Positions 23,645-34,879 of a stretch of 57,036 nt of DNA are shown here, piece by piece. The position numbers were made by a program, and so were the translations under genes. The DNA comes from Chiloscyllium plagiosum (Eukaryota): positions 68,949,257-69,006,292 of the forward strand of contig NC_057711.1 in assembly GCF_004010195.1 (NCBI RefSeq), in the 5' to 3' direction. Position 1 is the first letter of the stretch. Every line of letters begins with the position of its first letter. The notes below the pieces were generated by a model that saw only the letters and a program-made list of their open reading frames with translations, was not told the origin of the DNA and searched no databases.

Positions 23645-24341
23645 TGTTTCCTTATTAGCTTCTTGTAATGGCTGAAAAATCTGGGATCTGTCTTGACTAC
23701 ATTTGCTATTCAATATACTATGTGAGGTGTTCAATTTACCCACACTTACCACGTTTAACTCTAGGAGTTAAAATATAAGTTGACACATATTATAGATCTA
23801 TGACTGGTGTATAGTGAATTTCATTGTTTGGCCAAAACAAATTTCATTGTTTATTCACTCCAAAAGTTCCTGAATCCCAAACTTTATCTAGTTTTTCGCG
23901 TAAAAGTTCTGATCCCTATCCAGATTGTAACATAAATTTGGCAGTAAGGCCTAGGATCATAATTGATCTGATATTCCAAAATTGAGTGAAATACCTATAA
24001 ATAAGCTCTTTCAATATGTCAAATTTATCCAATAAATTGGATAAATTTCACCCACTATATGCCATGCAAAACTGTAAGTTCTTGGCTGACAGAACTGAAA
24101 TAACTGCTCATTGGTCATGTGGTGGGAGATTTTATAATTGGGCTCATCACCGAGTTGGGGAAAGGAGAATTGGCTCGCCCACTGTCCTGATCAATATCTG
24201 GGAACATTATGTGAGGATGAGATTAATCTTATCTGTGGTGTCCTCCACAACGAGGTAATAGGATTGTAAATATGTACTCCAGCAAAAAAAACTTACGAGT
24301 ACCTTCAGAAGAGCAGCCTAAATGGCTGGTTTATAGGATTG

Positions 24342-24429
24342 AGCTGAAAATGTGTTGCTGGAACAGCGTAGCAGGTCAGGCAGCATCTAGGGAACAGGAG
24401 AATCGATGTTTCGGGCATAAGCCCTTCTC
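24342..24429 (-). mobile_element. Short Neptune-type PLE end with 9-bp TSD
   Basis: Matches 52473-52559; flanked by ATAGGATTG at 24333-24341 and 24430-24438. Confidence 0.9.
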
Positions 24430-24594
24430 ATAGGATTGTCAAGGAAAAGAACAGAAGCAATAAAATATCAAGTTTTCTCTTTCTTCCATCATTATCCCCA
24501 CTAGGTGGCAAGAGAGGACAAGGCATTGTAATAGTGTCATATTGTAGCCATAGAACTACATGGTTCATACTGCACTACAAAACAGTAACACATG

Positions 24595-25940
24595 ATTCCT
24601 CTACGTAGTTTTCCAGAAGGTGTTCGATGAGATGCCACATCAACGGTTTTTGCAGAAAATAACAGGTCATGATTTAGGGAGAGCCATATTGGCGTGGATG
24701 GGATTGGTTAGTTAACCGGAAGCTGAATGTGGGTGTAAATGGGTTGTTTTCCAGTTGACAAAGTGAAACGAATGGTGAACCACGGTGATCGATGCTCGGT
24801 CCATTTTTGTTTACAGTTTATATATTGAATAACTTTTATGAAGGTACCGAAGGTGTGGTTACTAAATATACTAATCATACAAGCTACCAAGAGATTGTTG
24901 CCTACTCACTCAAACGATCAAGAAATGGCAGTGTAATGTGGAAAAATGTGAAATCATCCATTTTAGCATGAAAACATTTTAATAAGATATTCCTAAATGG
25001 TGAGAGATGTCCAAAATAGAGAGGGAACTGGGTGTCCTAGTGCATGAATTGCATAAATGTTGGTATGCAGTTATAGCAAGTAATTAGGCCAGCTCATATA
25101 ATATTATCGTTTTTTGCAAAACAAATTGAATACAAAAGCAGGGAGTTATAACAAACGTTATGCTCCTCTTGCACACATGTGAAACTGCATCTGCAGTACT
25201 GTATACAGTATTGTTCTCCTTATTAAAAATGTAAATGCATTGAAAGTAGTTCAAAGAAGGTCTGCTGGAGAAGGAGCTGATTTGGCCTGAACAGACTCTT
25301 CAAATGAACATCATTGCCTCGTGCCAATCTGCTGCTTTTTCCCCATATCGTTCAAGTTTAAAAACAACTTTTATTTTCAATCCAAATATTCATGCAGTGC
25401 CTTGAATGTCTCAACTGAACCTAACTTCTTCACACTTCCAGGCAGTGCGTTCCATTCCCTTTTTGCTATGTTATAAAGATTTTTTCTGACATCATTTCAA
25501 ATCTATGCACTCTCATACCTTTTACAAAACAGAACAGCTGCTATTCAATTTGTCCAACCCAGACATGATTTTTAAAAAGCTTGATTAAACCTCCAAGCGG
25601 AACAGGCCCAACTTGTTCAATCTATCCTCATCACTGAAGTTTTTTATTCCTGGAACCACTCTGGATGTGGTGAGGATATTTCTATCTAAGAACTGGGTGG
25701 AGTTGGGGTGGGGGTTCACTGTTTAAAAATAAATGGTTGCCTATTTAAGACAGATTAGAAGAACTTTTTTTCAGTGCGTTGAGAATCTTTAGAACTCTCT
25801 CTTCCTCAAATGGCACTGGAAGCAGAATCTGTGATTTTTTTTCAAGGAAGAAGTAGAATGTGGAACAGATCAAAATGTAATAAGATCAGCCCTGATTCTG
25901 TTGAATGATGGAGCAGAGTTGCCTATTGCTTTAGATGTTC
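24595..25940 (+). mobile_element. Old CR1 LINE (+) with an opposite-orientation CR1 3' fragment nested at ~25290-25660
   Basis: Degenerate RT remnants (TTCCAGAAGGTGTTCGATGAGATGCCACAT, AATGTGGAAAAATGTGAAATCATCCATTTT). Confidence 0.7.
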
Positions 25941-26024
25941 ATATATACCTTTTTTTAAAATTGCAACACAAATTGCAAGAGCAGAATTGTGTGGTTGGGT
26001 TGAAATAGGCTATTTATAATTGTA

Positions 26025-26159
26025 GGAGAAAGTGAGGACTGCAGATGCTGGAGATCAGAGCTGAAAATGTGTTGCTGGAAAAGCGCAGCAGGTCAGGCAG
26101 CATCCAAGGAGCAGGAGAATCGACGTTTCGTCCATGAGCCCTGTCGATTCTCCTGCTAC
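26025..26159 (-). mobile_element. Neptune-type PLE end with short inverted segment and 11-bp TSD
   Basis: GGAGAAAGTGAGGACTGCAGATGCTGGAGATCAGAG...; TTATAATTGTA at 26014-26024 and 26160-26170. Confidence 0.9.
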
Positions 26160-28040
26160 TTATAATTGTACAAATGATTTATTCGTACAGCCACACTGAT
26201 GTTTGAAGTTGTAAATGTATGACCTGGGCACATGGTAATTCTGAATTTAAATACAATATTGATCAATATAAATGCTTGTCTATTATGTATTAAATGGTAC
26301 ATAAAGGTTTCTTGTGGACAGCTTGTAGTTATTTGCTACTCCTATAGGTGGCATTGAGAGGTATTTTCAATGTTGAGTTGCAGAATTAATAAATAGAGCA
26401 CACAACCTTAAAGTTGTACAGCCTGGACATTGGATTCCCATAATTCATAGCTAGTTTCTGAAATTCTTTTTCCCTACTTTGCCTTACTTTTTCTTCCAAT
26501 AAATTTCTAATATTTGAAACAAAGATTTTAACATCTTTATTTCCAAATGGCATATTTTGTTTTGCATGACCAAATTGTCCATTGGATCTTTTTAATGTCT
26601 TCATTTAAAGTTTCTACTTCAAGCTCTCAGTATCTCAAAAGCCTTAACTCTGATTTGGTATTATGTCTAGTGCTGTGATTTTGAGATTGAATTGGATTTT
26701 GCGTGCTCTGTCTTCACGATGTCCTTCATTATCTTTGCTTCCATCAGCTGGTGAAGAAAATCTTTCATCACCTCCTAGGGGCTTGTGTCTCTAAATTTCT
26801 CTTGGTTTTTCAAGTAAAGCTTCTAAAAGCTTTGGAGACGAGATTTATATTTTTATGTGTATGTGGGATGAAAGTAATTTGTTCTAATTTCACACACGTT
26901 GCAAATTTACTTTAATGTTCAATAATTTTTCACAAGTCTTGCTTTAAAACCTCGAGTTTGAAGACTGAACTTGGAGTTGGCCAGTGGGAGAGGGAAACAA
27001 GTTTGTTTCATGTGACTGATTATCCCTATTTATTATCAAATATGACTACTAATCACACACCACTGAAACCATGACTAGAATTTCAACACCCCATTTTCAA
27101 ATTTGCATTTTGAAAATAAACAAACTTTGGAAGAGGCTAATGGAATCACATGTGAGATAAATGAGAATGGAGTAAAGAGTTGAAAGAGTAAATGATACAA
27201 GCGAGGAACAGATAGGGAGGAAGGGAATGGTTAAAAAAAAGATAATAGGTGTTTGATGTAAGCGAGTCTGGGGAAAGCACAAATCAAGACATCAGGGATG
27301 GAAACAATCTGCTTAAATAATATTTTCCCCAGCTTGCACATCTTTTGTGTAACCTGCACGCTCTTTTAAAAGATGCAGAAGACAGAAAAACCAGAAGACT
27401 AGAGAAGGATCAGTCCCAGCGGGTGGAGAGGAGATGAACAGAAGAGACCAACAAAGAATCAACAACTCCAAAGTAGCAGAAGTCAAACAGAGAACATACT
27501 CAACAATACTTCATCCCAACAAACTTGGCACATGAAAATCCAAGGGAAATCAATAGTCATATGAGAAGAATTATTCAAGTTTTAAAAGATAATTGGATGA
27601 ATAGTTGGAGGCACAACATTTGCAGGATTATGGGCAAATATCAGGAGATTGGGACAAAATAGCTGCTTAAAGAATTGACACAGGTATGGAGATGACAAAT
27701 GGCTTTTTTCAACCTTTAAATGATTCTATTACACATTAGTCCATGGGCAATAATTTATATAACCAAAAAGAATAATACTAAAAGTACATAAGTTTGCTTC
27801 ACTTTTAATCAGCTCTTCAAGTTAACTGTTTTTCCATCACCATGATGAAAGTATAGAGTTAGCTAGGAATCTTAACTCTGTAACATTGGAGCTACATTAA
27901 CAAAAGATCAGCTGCAGAATTGTGGGGAGAAATACACAGTCTGGCATTTTATTTTAGTTTGCATGTAAGTTCAATATCATATATAATGCTATATCTTCTG
28001 AAGTTTCATTTCAATCAGTAATACTGCCTCTTTAAGATGA

Positions 28041-28235
28041 TTTGGAGATGCCGGTGTTGGACTGGGGTGTACAAAGTTAAAAATCACACAACACCAGGTT
28101 ATAGTCCAACAGGTTTAATTGGAAGTACACTAGCTTTCGGAGTGACACTATCACCTGATGAAGGAGCAGTGCTCCGAAAGCTAGTGCTTCCAATTAAACC
28201 TGTTGGACTATAACCTGGTGTTGTGTGATTTTTAA
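28041..28235. mobile_element. Fold-back (palindromic) PLE derivative with 13-bp TSD
   Basis: Arms 28075-28143 and 28171-28237 are near-perfect inverted repeats. CTCTTTAAGATGA occurs at 28028-28040 and 28236-28248. Same family as 45452-46260. Confidence 0.9.
28152..28186 (+). ncRNA. Minimal type-I hammerhead ribozyme motif (PLE-associated)
   Basis: CAC-CTGATGA-A-GGAGC(AGT)GCTCC-GAAA-GC-TA-GTG: intact core boxes, 5-bp stem II, palindromic AGCT stem III, stem I CAC/GTG. Confidence 0.75.
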
Positions 28236-30144
28236 CTCTTTAAGATGAAGTAGCATAAGATGAACAAAACAACATTTTTACTGACTAATCCAGGAATTTG
28301 TCTCTGTATTCTGTTTGTCAGACACTAACTGAAATGGTTACAGCTGAGGCTATGCTGACTTTAAAAGACAGTTTTCACCATCTTAACATAGTATTCAAAC
28401 CCTTTAAATCAATAACTTCATGTCGTTCATAATAAAGCAAGTATTTAATTTTCCTGTGCTTAAAATCAACAAATGAAACAGGCTATAGGAACATTTTCTG
28501 GTTTAAAAATAATTTTTACAAGTCTGGAGTTTACATTTTCATTTACGTGTTTTAGAGTGGAAGTTCTGTAACTAAATTTTTTAATTACCTATTTGGGGAT
28601 GGAATTTTATTTGTTTTAAGGGCGGAAATTTATTCGTTTAGACTGCGTTGGTGTAATTTTCCGCAGGGCACTGTGCCACTTTACGTAGTGACAAAAAAAC
28701 TAATTATTCCGTGTTACACATTTTTGGTGAGTCACTGCAGGAATATTTAGAGGGTTGTTGGGGGAAGGAAATTATCTTGCATGCTGAAAAATGTATATGT
28801 GTATATAATGAAGATGAGATGCTTAAAGCTTATGTAATTATTAGTGATTCAAGCAAAACTTACTTCTGAATTATTGCCAGCTTTCAAAATCATTTTAATT
28901 AGTCTACAATCATTCTGGAATTATTTTAAAACAAATAAAACCCACAAGTCAGCTGCTTTAAGGATCATTGACTTCAACATCCTGTGAGAACAATGTTTTG
29001 AATTATTTATGATAGCTATCTACAATACTGATATTTGATTCATGCTTACTTAGTGGGTTATTTTTCACACCATCTTTAAACCTCAGATGCTGTTGTGCAG
29101 TGGACAATAGATCTTCAGTGGACGTTGGCCATACAGTTACCAATCCATTCTTGATTCCATATTTGGTTCCATACGAGAACAGTTCTTTATTCAAAGCCCC
29201 TTAATACTTTAGTGGCCAGTTGTGTTTTTTGTTTTATGAATCATAAAAATGCAACTTCAAAGTAAGTCCACTGAAATTATTAATCAAACTCTGAGTGTTG
29301 CACGAAGTAAAACAGAATCAATAATGCCACTTATCTTTTGCTTAAACTGTTCTTTTTCTCACTGAGCCAGATTCACCGAGAAAATTCGCATGGGTAAAGT
29401 ATGTGCACACTCATTCCTTCCTTCTTGCCTGGCAAATGTTCCATTCAACACTGACAAGCCTCCGTGATTATTGCCAATGTCAAAGTGATCTTGGATTTAT
29501 TTCAGGCCAGCTTCAAGGGTAAGACATGCCAACAGACTGGCAGAATTAATTCTTTTGATGCCCAAAAAATGGGCACAGTAAAGTCTTAATTCTCTTGCAT
29601 TGAGTTTGTCCCAGAGAATTTACTTAGTTCCCAACTTCAGTCAGCAGTTTTCTCCTTACGAGAGTTTAGATCTGAAGAAAATGTATGCTCCCCTTCTCTC
29701 CCCTCCCTCCGAAACCAGTTAGGTGACCGGTTAGTCGTTAGACAGCTGATAATTGTGTTGACGTGGGCCTGTGCTTTTTTTTTCCCCTGAATATTTTGGC
29801 AACCTGCAGCTGAAACATTTTTCAAAGCCAATACTGAGTGTGAGATCATAAGAATCTCCTTTAGATATAAATTCAAGAATGTTGGATAACTTAGCGTGCA
29901 ATTCTTGGCTCCAGTAATGTGTAAAGTGGATCAAGTCCATTCTAAATAGCTAACTGTCAAACGAATATGCTTGTTTCTTTGAGTTCACGCATTTAAAACA
30001 CTGAAACAAAAATGAGCTTCAAAATCCTCAGTTTTATACATGTCTTTTTTAATCATGTTTTCATTTATAAATATCACTCCTAGCAAACATGTTGATGTTT
30101 CCGTCAATAAACTGAACCACCTCATCCCCAATCACTATTGATCC

Positions 30145-30705
30145 GATTTAGAAAAGTCATATTCAAACTAGAACGTTAACTCTGTGGTTCTCTGTTCAAT
30201 AATGTTGCTAGAGTTGCTGAGAGATAAATAGGTGGGTGGGATGGGGGGAAGGTAGCTGGGAAGGTAATAGATAGATGCAGGTGAGGGAAGATGGGGAGGG
30301 TGGAGCGGATAGGTGGGAAGGTAGATAGACAGGTAGGACAGGTCAAGAGGGCAGTGCCGAATTGGAGGGTTGGATTGGGGATGAGGAGGGGAGAGGGGAG
30401 ATTTGAAAACTAGTGAAGTTGATGTTGATGCCTTGTGGTTGGAGGATCCCAAAGCAGACGATGAGGTGTTCTTTCTTCATTTTTCGGGTGGCTTAGATTT
30501 GGTGGTGGAGGTGGCCTAGGACCTGCATGTAATTGTTGGAGTGGGACTCTCCTGCACTTCAGATGCACACCAATCCAACTGGGCATCACCCTCTTGACCT
30601 GTCCTACTTGTCCATTTTCCTTCCCACCTATCTGCTCCACCATCCCCACTGACCCATCACAATCATCCCCCATCCAGCCTTTCCAGCAATTTGTTTCTGC
30701 TTAGA
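30145..30705 (-). mobile_element. Rearranged Neptune-type PLE 3' fragments with an internal inversion
   Basis: 30320-30365 (AGGTAGGACAGGTCAAGAGGG...TTGGA) is inverted at 30574-30610; purine-rich 3' UTR as at 52590-52690. Confidence 0.65.
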
Positions 30706-31114
30706 TCATTTAAAGTTGAAAGAGTTGCCCACAGAGTAGTTTGCTGTCAAGTGGTTTCAATATCTCTCTAACATAGATAATCAAATCACATTTCATTATT
30801 AGGTGCCTCCTGCTTGATACTCATTGTAATCTCTTATGTAGCGACCACTGTTTATTATAAATTAACTTATGATTGTAAAACAGGTGTCACTTTACCTTCT
30901 AATTTTTTTGAGCAACTATGTGGGAAAGAGGAAAGTAGCTAGCTGGTCTAACTTGGACAGATATGATGTCTATAACATAGTCTACAAGCCTGAAGTATGC
31001 TGTTGAGGTATGCTGGAGGAATTCTTAGTATTGTAACTTGTGGTTCTCAATATTAGATCTCATGGAAAACAAGGAGAGCGAGTTTTGAGACTTGAGGCAA
31101 CTTTTGAGTTGAGG

Positions 31115-31868
31115 AGCTACGCATAGCAGAGAAAAATCACCTATACAGTGTATTCAAAAAGAACGGGTACCCAATGAACACAGTCCGCAGATTTCTCAAC
31201 AACAAACCCAAACAAGCAGACAAAATGAGTCCAGAAACCCTAGCCACTGTACCCTACATCAAAGACATCTCAGAAATTACAGCCAGACTACTCCGACCCC
31301 TTGGTATCATTGTAGCCCACAAACCCACCAATACACTAAAACAGCAGCTAATGAACTTGAAAGACCCTATACAGACAACAAACAAAACTAATGTTATTTA
31401 CAAAATACCGTGCAAGGACGGTAAGAAACACTACATTGGACAAACAGGCAGAAAACTAGCCACCAGGATACATGAACAGCAACTAGCCGCAAAACAACAT
31501 GACCCTCTCTCATTAGTATCCTTACATACAGATAAGGAAGGACACCACTTTGACTGGGACAACACATCCATCTAAGGACAAGCCAAACAGAGACACGCAC
31601 GAGAATTCCTAGCAGCTTGGCATTCTAACCAGAACTCTATCAACAAACACATCGAGTTAGACCTCATCTACCACTCCCTGAGAAAAAGAACCGGAAATGA
31701 CGTCACCACAAGAAATGGCATCACCAACCCAAAGAAACCCAGGCATATAAATAGAAAGCAGGAATTATAATGTGTGCTTCGCCCAGAGGCCCACTGAAGA
31801 TGTTCCCCAGTAGGGTGATGAAATGTCTGAAATGAACCTTTCAGCTCAGCGAGCAAACCTGCATCCAA
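31115..31868 (+). mobile_element. Penelope-like element (Poseidon/Penelope-type), GIY-YIG endonuclease C-terminus plus pLTR
   Basis: ORF 31174-31575: ...VPYIKDISE...NVIYKIPCKDGKKHYIGQTGRKLATRIHEQ...HHFDWDN, a GIY-YIG motif; premature stop at the ORF end. Confidence 0.93.
31792..31829 (+). ncRNA. Degenerate minimal hammerhead motif in the pLTR
   Basis: CA-CTGAAGA-T-GTTCCCC(AGTA)GGGTGAT-GAAA-TG-TC-TG; stem II imperfect and the ACGT palindrome decayed to ATGT. Confidence 0.55.
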
Positions 31869-31894
31869 AAAGAGGGAGAACTAGCCATTTTGAC

Positions 31895-33092
31895 ACAGAA
31901 CTGGCTCGAAGGTAAAGACAGAGGGTGGTGGTAGAGAGTTGCTTTTCAGACTAGTGGAAAGCCACTAGGAACGGTGCTGGGTCCACTATTTTTTATCATT
32001 TATATAAATGATTTGGATGTGAACATAAGAGGTATCGTTAGTAAGTTTACAGATGACCACAAAATCGGAGGTGGACAGCAAAGGTCACCTCAGAGTACAC
32101 TGGGATCTTGATCACATGGCCCAATGGACTGAGGAGTTGCAGATGGCGTTTAATTTAGATAAATGCAAGGTGCTGTATTTTGGGAAAGCAAATCTTAGTA
32201 GGATTTTTATACTTAATGGTAAGGTCCTAGGGAATGATGCTGAACAAAGAGACCATGAGTGTAGGTTCAGAGCTCCTTGAAAATACAGTGGCAGGTAGAT
32301 AGGGTAGTGAAGAAAGATTCCTGAAAAAGGGCTAATGCCCGAAACGTCGATTCTCCTGTTCCCTAGATGCTGCCTGACCTGCTGCGCTTTTCCAGCAACA
32401 CATTTCCATCTCTGATCTCCAGCATCTGCAGACCTCACTTTCTCCCTAGTGAAGAAAGCGTTTGGTATGCTTTCCTTTATGGACAGAGTATTGAATTTAG
32501 GAGTTGGGAAGTCACGTTGGGGCTGTACAGGATGTTGGTTAGGCCACTATTGGAATATTGTGTGCAATTCTGGTCTCCTTTCTATCGGAAGGATGTTGTG
32601 AAACATGAAAAGGTTCAGAAAAGATTTACAAGGATTTTGCCAGGGTTGGAGAGTTTGAGTTATAGGGAGAGGCTGCATAGGCTGGAGCTGTTTTCCCTGA
32701 ATCGTTGGAGGTTAGGGGTGACCTTAAAGAGGTTTATAAAATCATGAGGGGCATGGATAGGATAAATAGACAAAGTCTTTTCCCTGGGCTGGGGGAGTCC
32801 AGAACTGGAGTGCATAGGTTTAGGGTGAGAGAGGAAAGACCTAAAAGGGACCAAAAGGACAACTTTTTCACACAGAGGGTGGTGCGTGTATGGAATGAGC
32901 TGCCAGAGGAAGTGGTGGAGGTTGGTACAATTGCAACATTTCAAAGGCATCTGGATGGGTATATAAATAGGAAGGGTTTAGAGGGATATGGACCAAATGC
33001 TGGCAAATGGGACTAGATTAGGTTAGGATATCTGGTCGGCATGGACGGGTTGGACCGAAGAGTATGTTTCCATGATCTACATCTCTATATCT
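31895..33092 (+). mobile_element. HER1-type CR1 LINE, interrupted at 32317-32446
   Basis: ORFs 32053-32280, 32367-32747 (RPLLEYCVQFWSP) and 32705-33016 (FFTQRVVRVWNELPEEVVE). Confidence 0.95.
32317..32446 (+). mobile_element. Neptune-type PLE end inserted into HER1, 12-bp TSD
   Basis: TAGTGAAGAAAG at 32305-32316 and 32447-32458. It begins with a hammerhead-like CTGAAAAAGGGCTAATGCCCGAAACGTC in which the core G8 is mutated. Confidence 0.92.
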
Positions 33093-34437
33093 GTAACTTT
33101 CTGAAACACCTATTCATGCTATTGTGGGTTATTTTGTCTAATTTAAAGCAATCATTTTACAAGAAAACATTTGAACTATTTCTTGCATACACCACATACA
33201 GTTTATTGTACATTTGTTTTGTTCTGAGATCATTCAAAGTTTTTTTTTCTGGTAACCATGCCCCAATGGTTAAGTAAATCCCTAGAATTTAAATTTACGT
33301 CCTTTTCCTTCATGGATTATAAATTTTATATCTGGTGTTTTTGATAGAATAAACATCTTCCACTTTACTAAGTTACTCCATGAAATATTTAAACTGTGTC
33401 GCATCAAGGGCTGAATTTTTTTTTTCCTTTTCTGGTTGAGTTCAGGTTGCATTTTTTGCAGTGTTCTTCCCTGCAAGGCCTACCAGTTTTACTTTTAATA
33501 AATTGCCTACCATGCCTAATTTCCACCCCATCTCGCTACTCAGGCTATCTGCTGAAAATCAGGCAACCCTTGAACCTACACCATCTTTAAAGGTTTGTTG
33601 TGCTCTCAGGCAAGTGTTATCCGTATGGAGCTGCTCTTTATGATTTTTGGTGAGTAATAACATCATTTGAAAAGATCTAAATAATGGATCAAGCTGATCT
33701 CAATGCCAAATGTGCGTTGCTACGCTAATCTCCTTATTCAGCCATGTATCTCTCAACAGCCCATATTGCTTAGACTCCTATAAGATTCTGACCCAAGAAA
33801 ATTCATTTTAAGATTTGTAGGTATTTTGGTCCGTAGTAAGATTATGTCATCTGAATGTTCATTACAATGTGTCTGCAAGTTGCCATCTGATTAAATCTGC
33901 CTGCCACATGGTGATGATATATTTTGTTAAGGAATGTGGGGCTAGTTACCATTGCTGGCTGAATGTCTTGAAGACCAAGTACTCATGACAAAAAATACAA
34001 CCTTGAAAATCTGTTGCCTAAAATAACAATTGTTTACATTTTCTTTTTGAAAAAGATGTCAGTTTTAAATTAATGCCATCATTTCTGTTGAAGAATTTAC
34101 CAGCAGGTCATGTGTGGTTATGCATGGAGGCTGCTACTTTTGAAGCATATCAGGACTGATTTAGTAATCATGATAGAATTACAACAAGCTCTCCCTTGTC
34201 TCAGGAAGCACCTGTTCTCCAACTTCTGTAACCGCAACCTTCTCTTCAAAAATTAAAATGTTTCAAATGCTAGAAGTTGCTATAAAAATGTTTCATGACT
34301 TATGTTTTAGATTTTTTCAACCCAAGTTTGCATGTGAATCTTCTGCTATTGAAATTAGTTTATCATTTTGGTTGTTTTCTGTGATTCATGAAACATTACT
34401 GGAGTCCTGTAATATTGAAGTCCAACAGATGTGTATA

Positions 34438-34575
34438 ACTAAAAGCAAAACACTGTGGATGCTGGAAATCTGAAATAAAAACAGAAAATTCTGGATGAAC
34501 TTGTCAGGTCTGTTGGTATCTGTGGAAAGAAAAACAGTTAACGTTTCGAGTCTGATATGAAGTCTTCAGAGGTTG
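34438..34575 (-). mobile_element. Short PLE-derived element with hammerhead-like core
   Basis: The reverse complement reads CTGAAGACTTCATATCAGACTCGAAACGTTAAC...CACAGATACCAACAGACCTG...TTTCCAGCATCCACAG. Confidence 0.7.
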
Positions 34576-34879
34576 GAATATAGTTTTTATGCCATTGACC
34601 GAGTAGGGGGAGGGATCTTTGGAGAACTGAGTGAAACACATGTAACTTCTGAAAAATGGATTTGTAAATCAGTTCGGTGCAATCTTTCACAAGGTCTGGC
34701 CAGAAGCAATATCTAATCGGCAATCACCCCATTGTGATTAGATCTGTCTTTACAAAGCCACAAGTCAAGACACATATCAAACCAAGTCACCCTGTGCACC
34801 TTGGGGAAGGTAACAATATTTTTACTAATGTTGTTATATAGTTGTCAAACTGGGAAAATAGGTTTAAACATAGGACAGT

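Noticed and set aside
33462..33649. Exon-like segments, one frame giving an SH3-like 'ALYDF'
   Set aside because: The motif is followed by a residue atypical for SH3, splice sites are ambiguous and no further SH3 exons are seen; likely chance.
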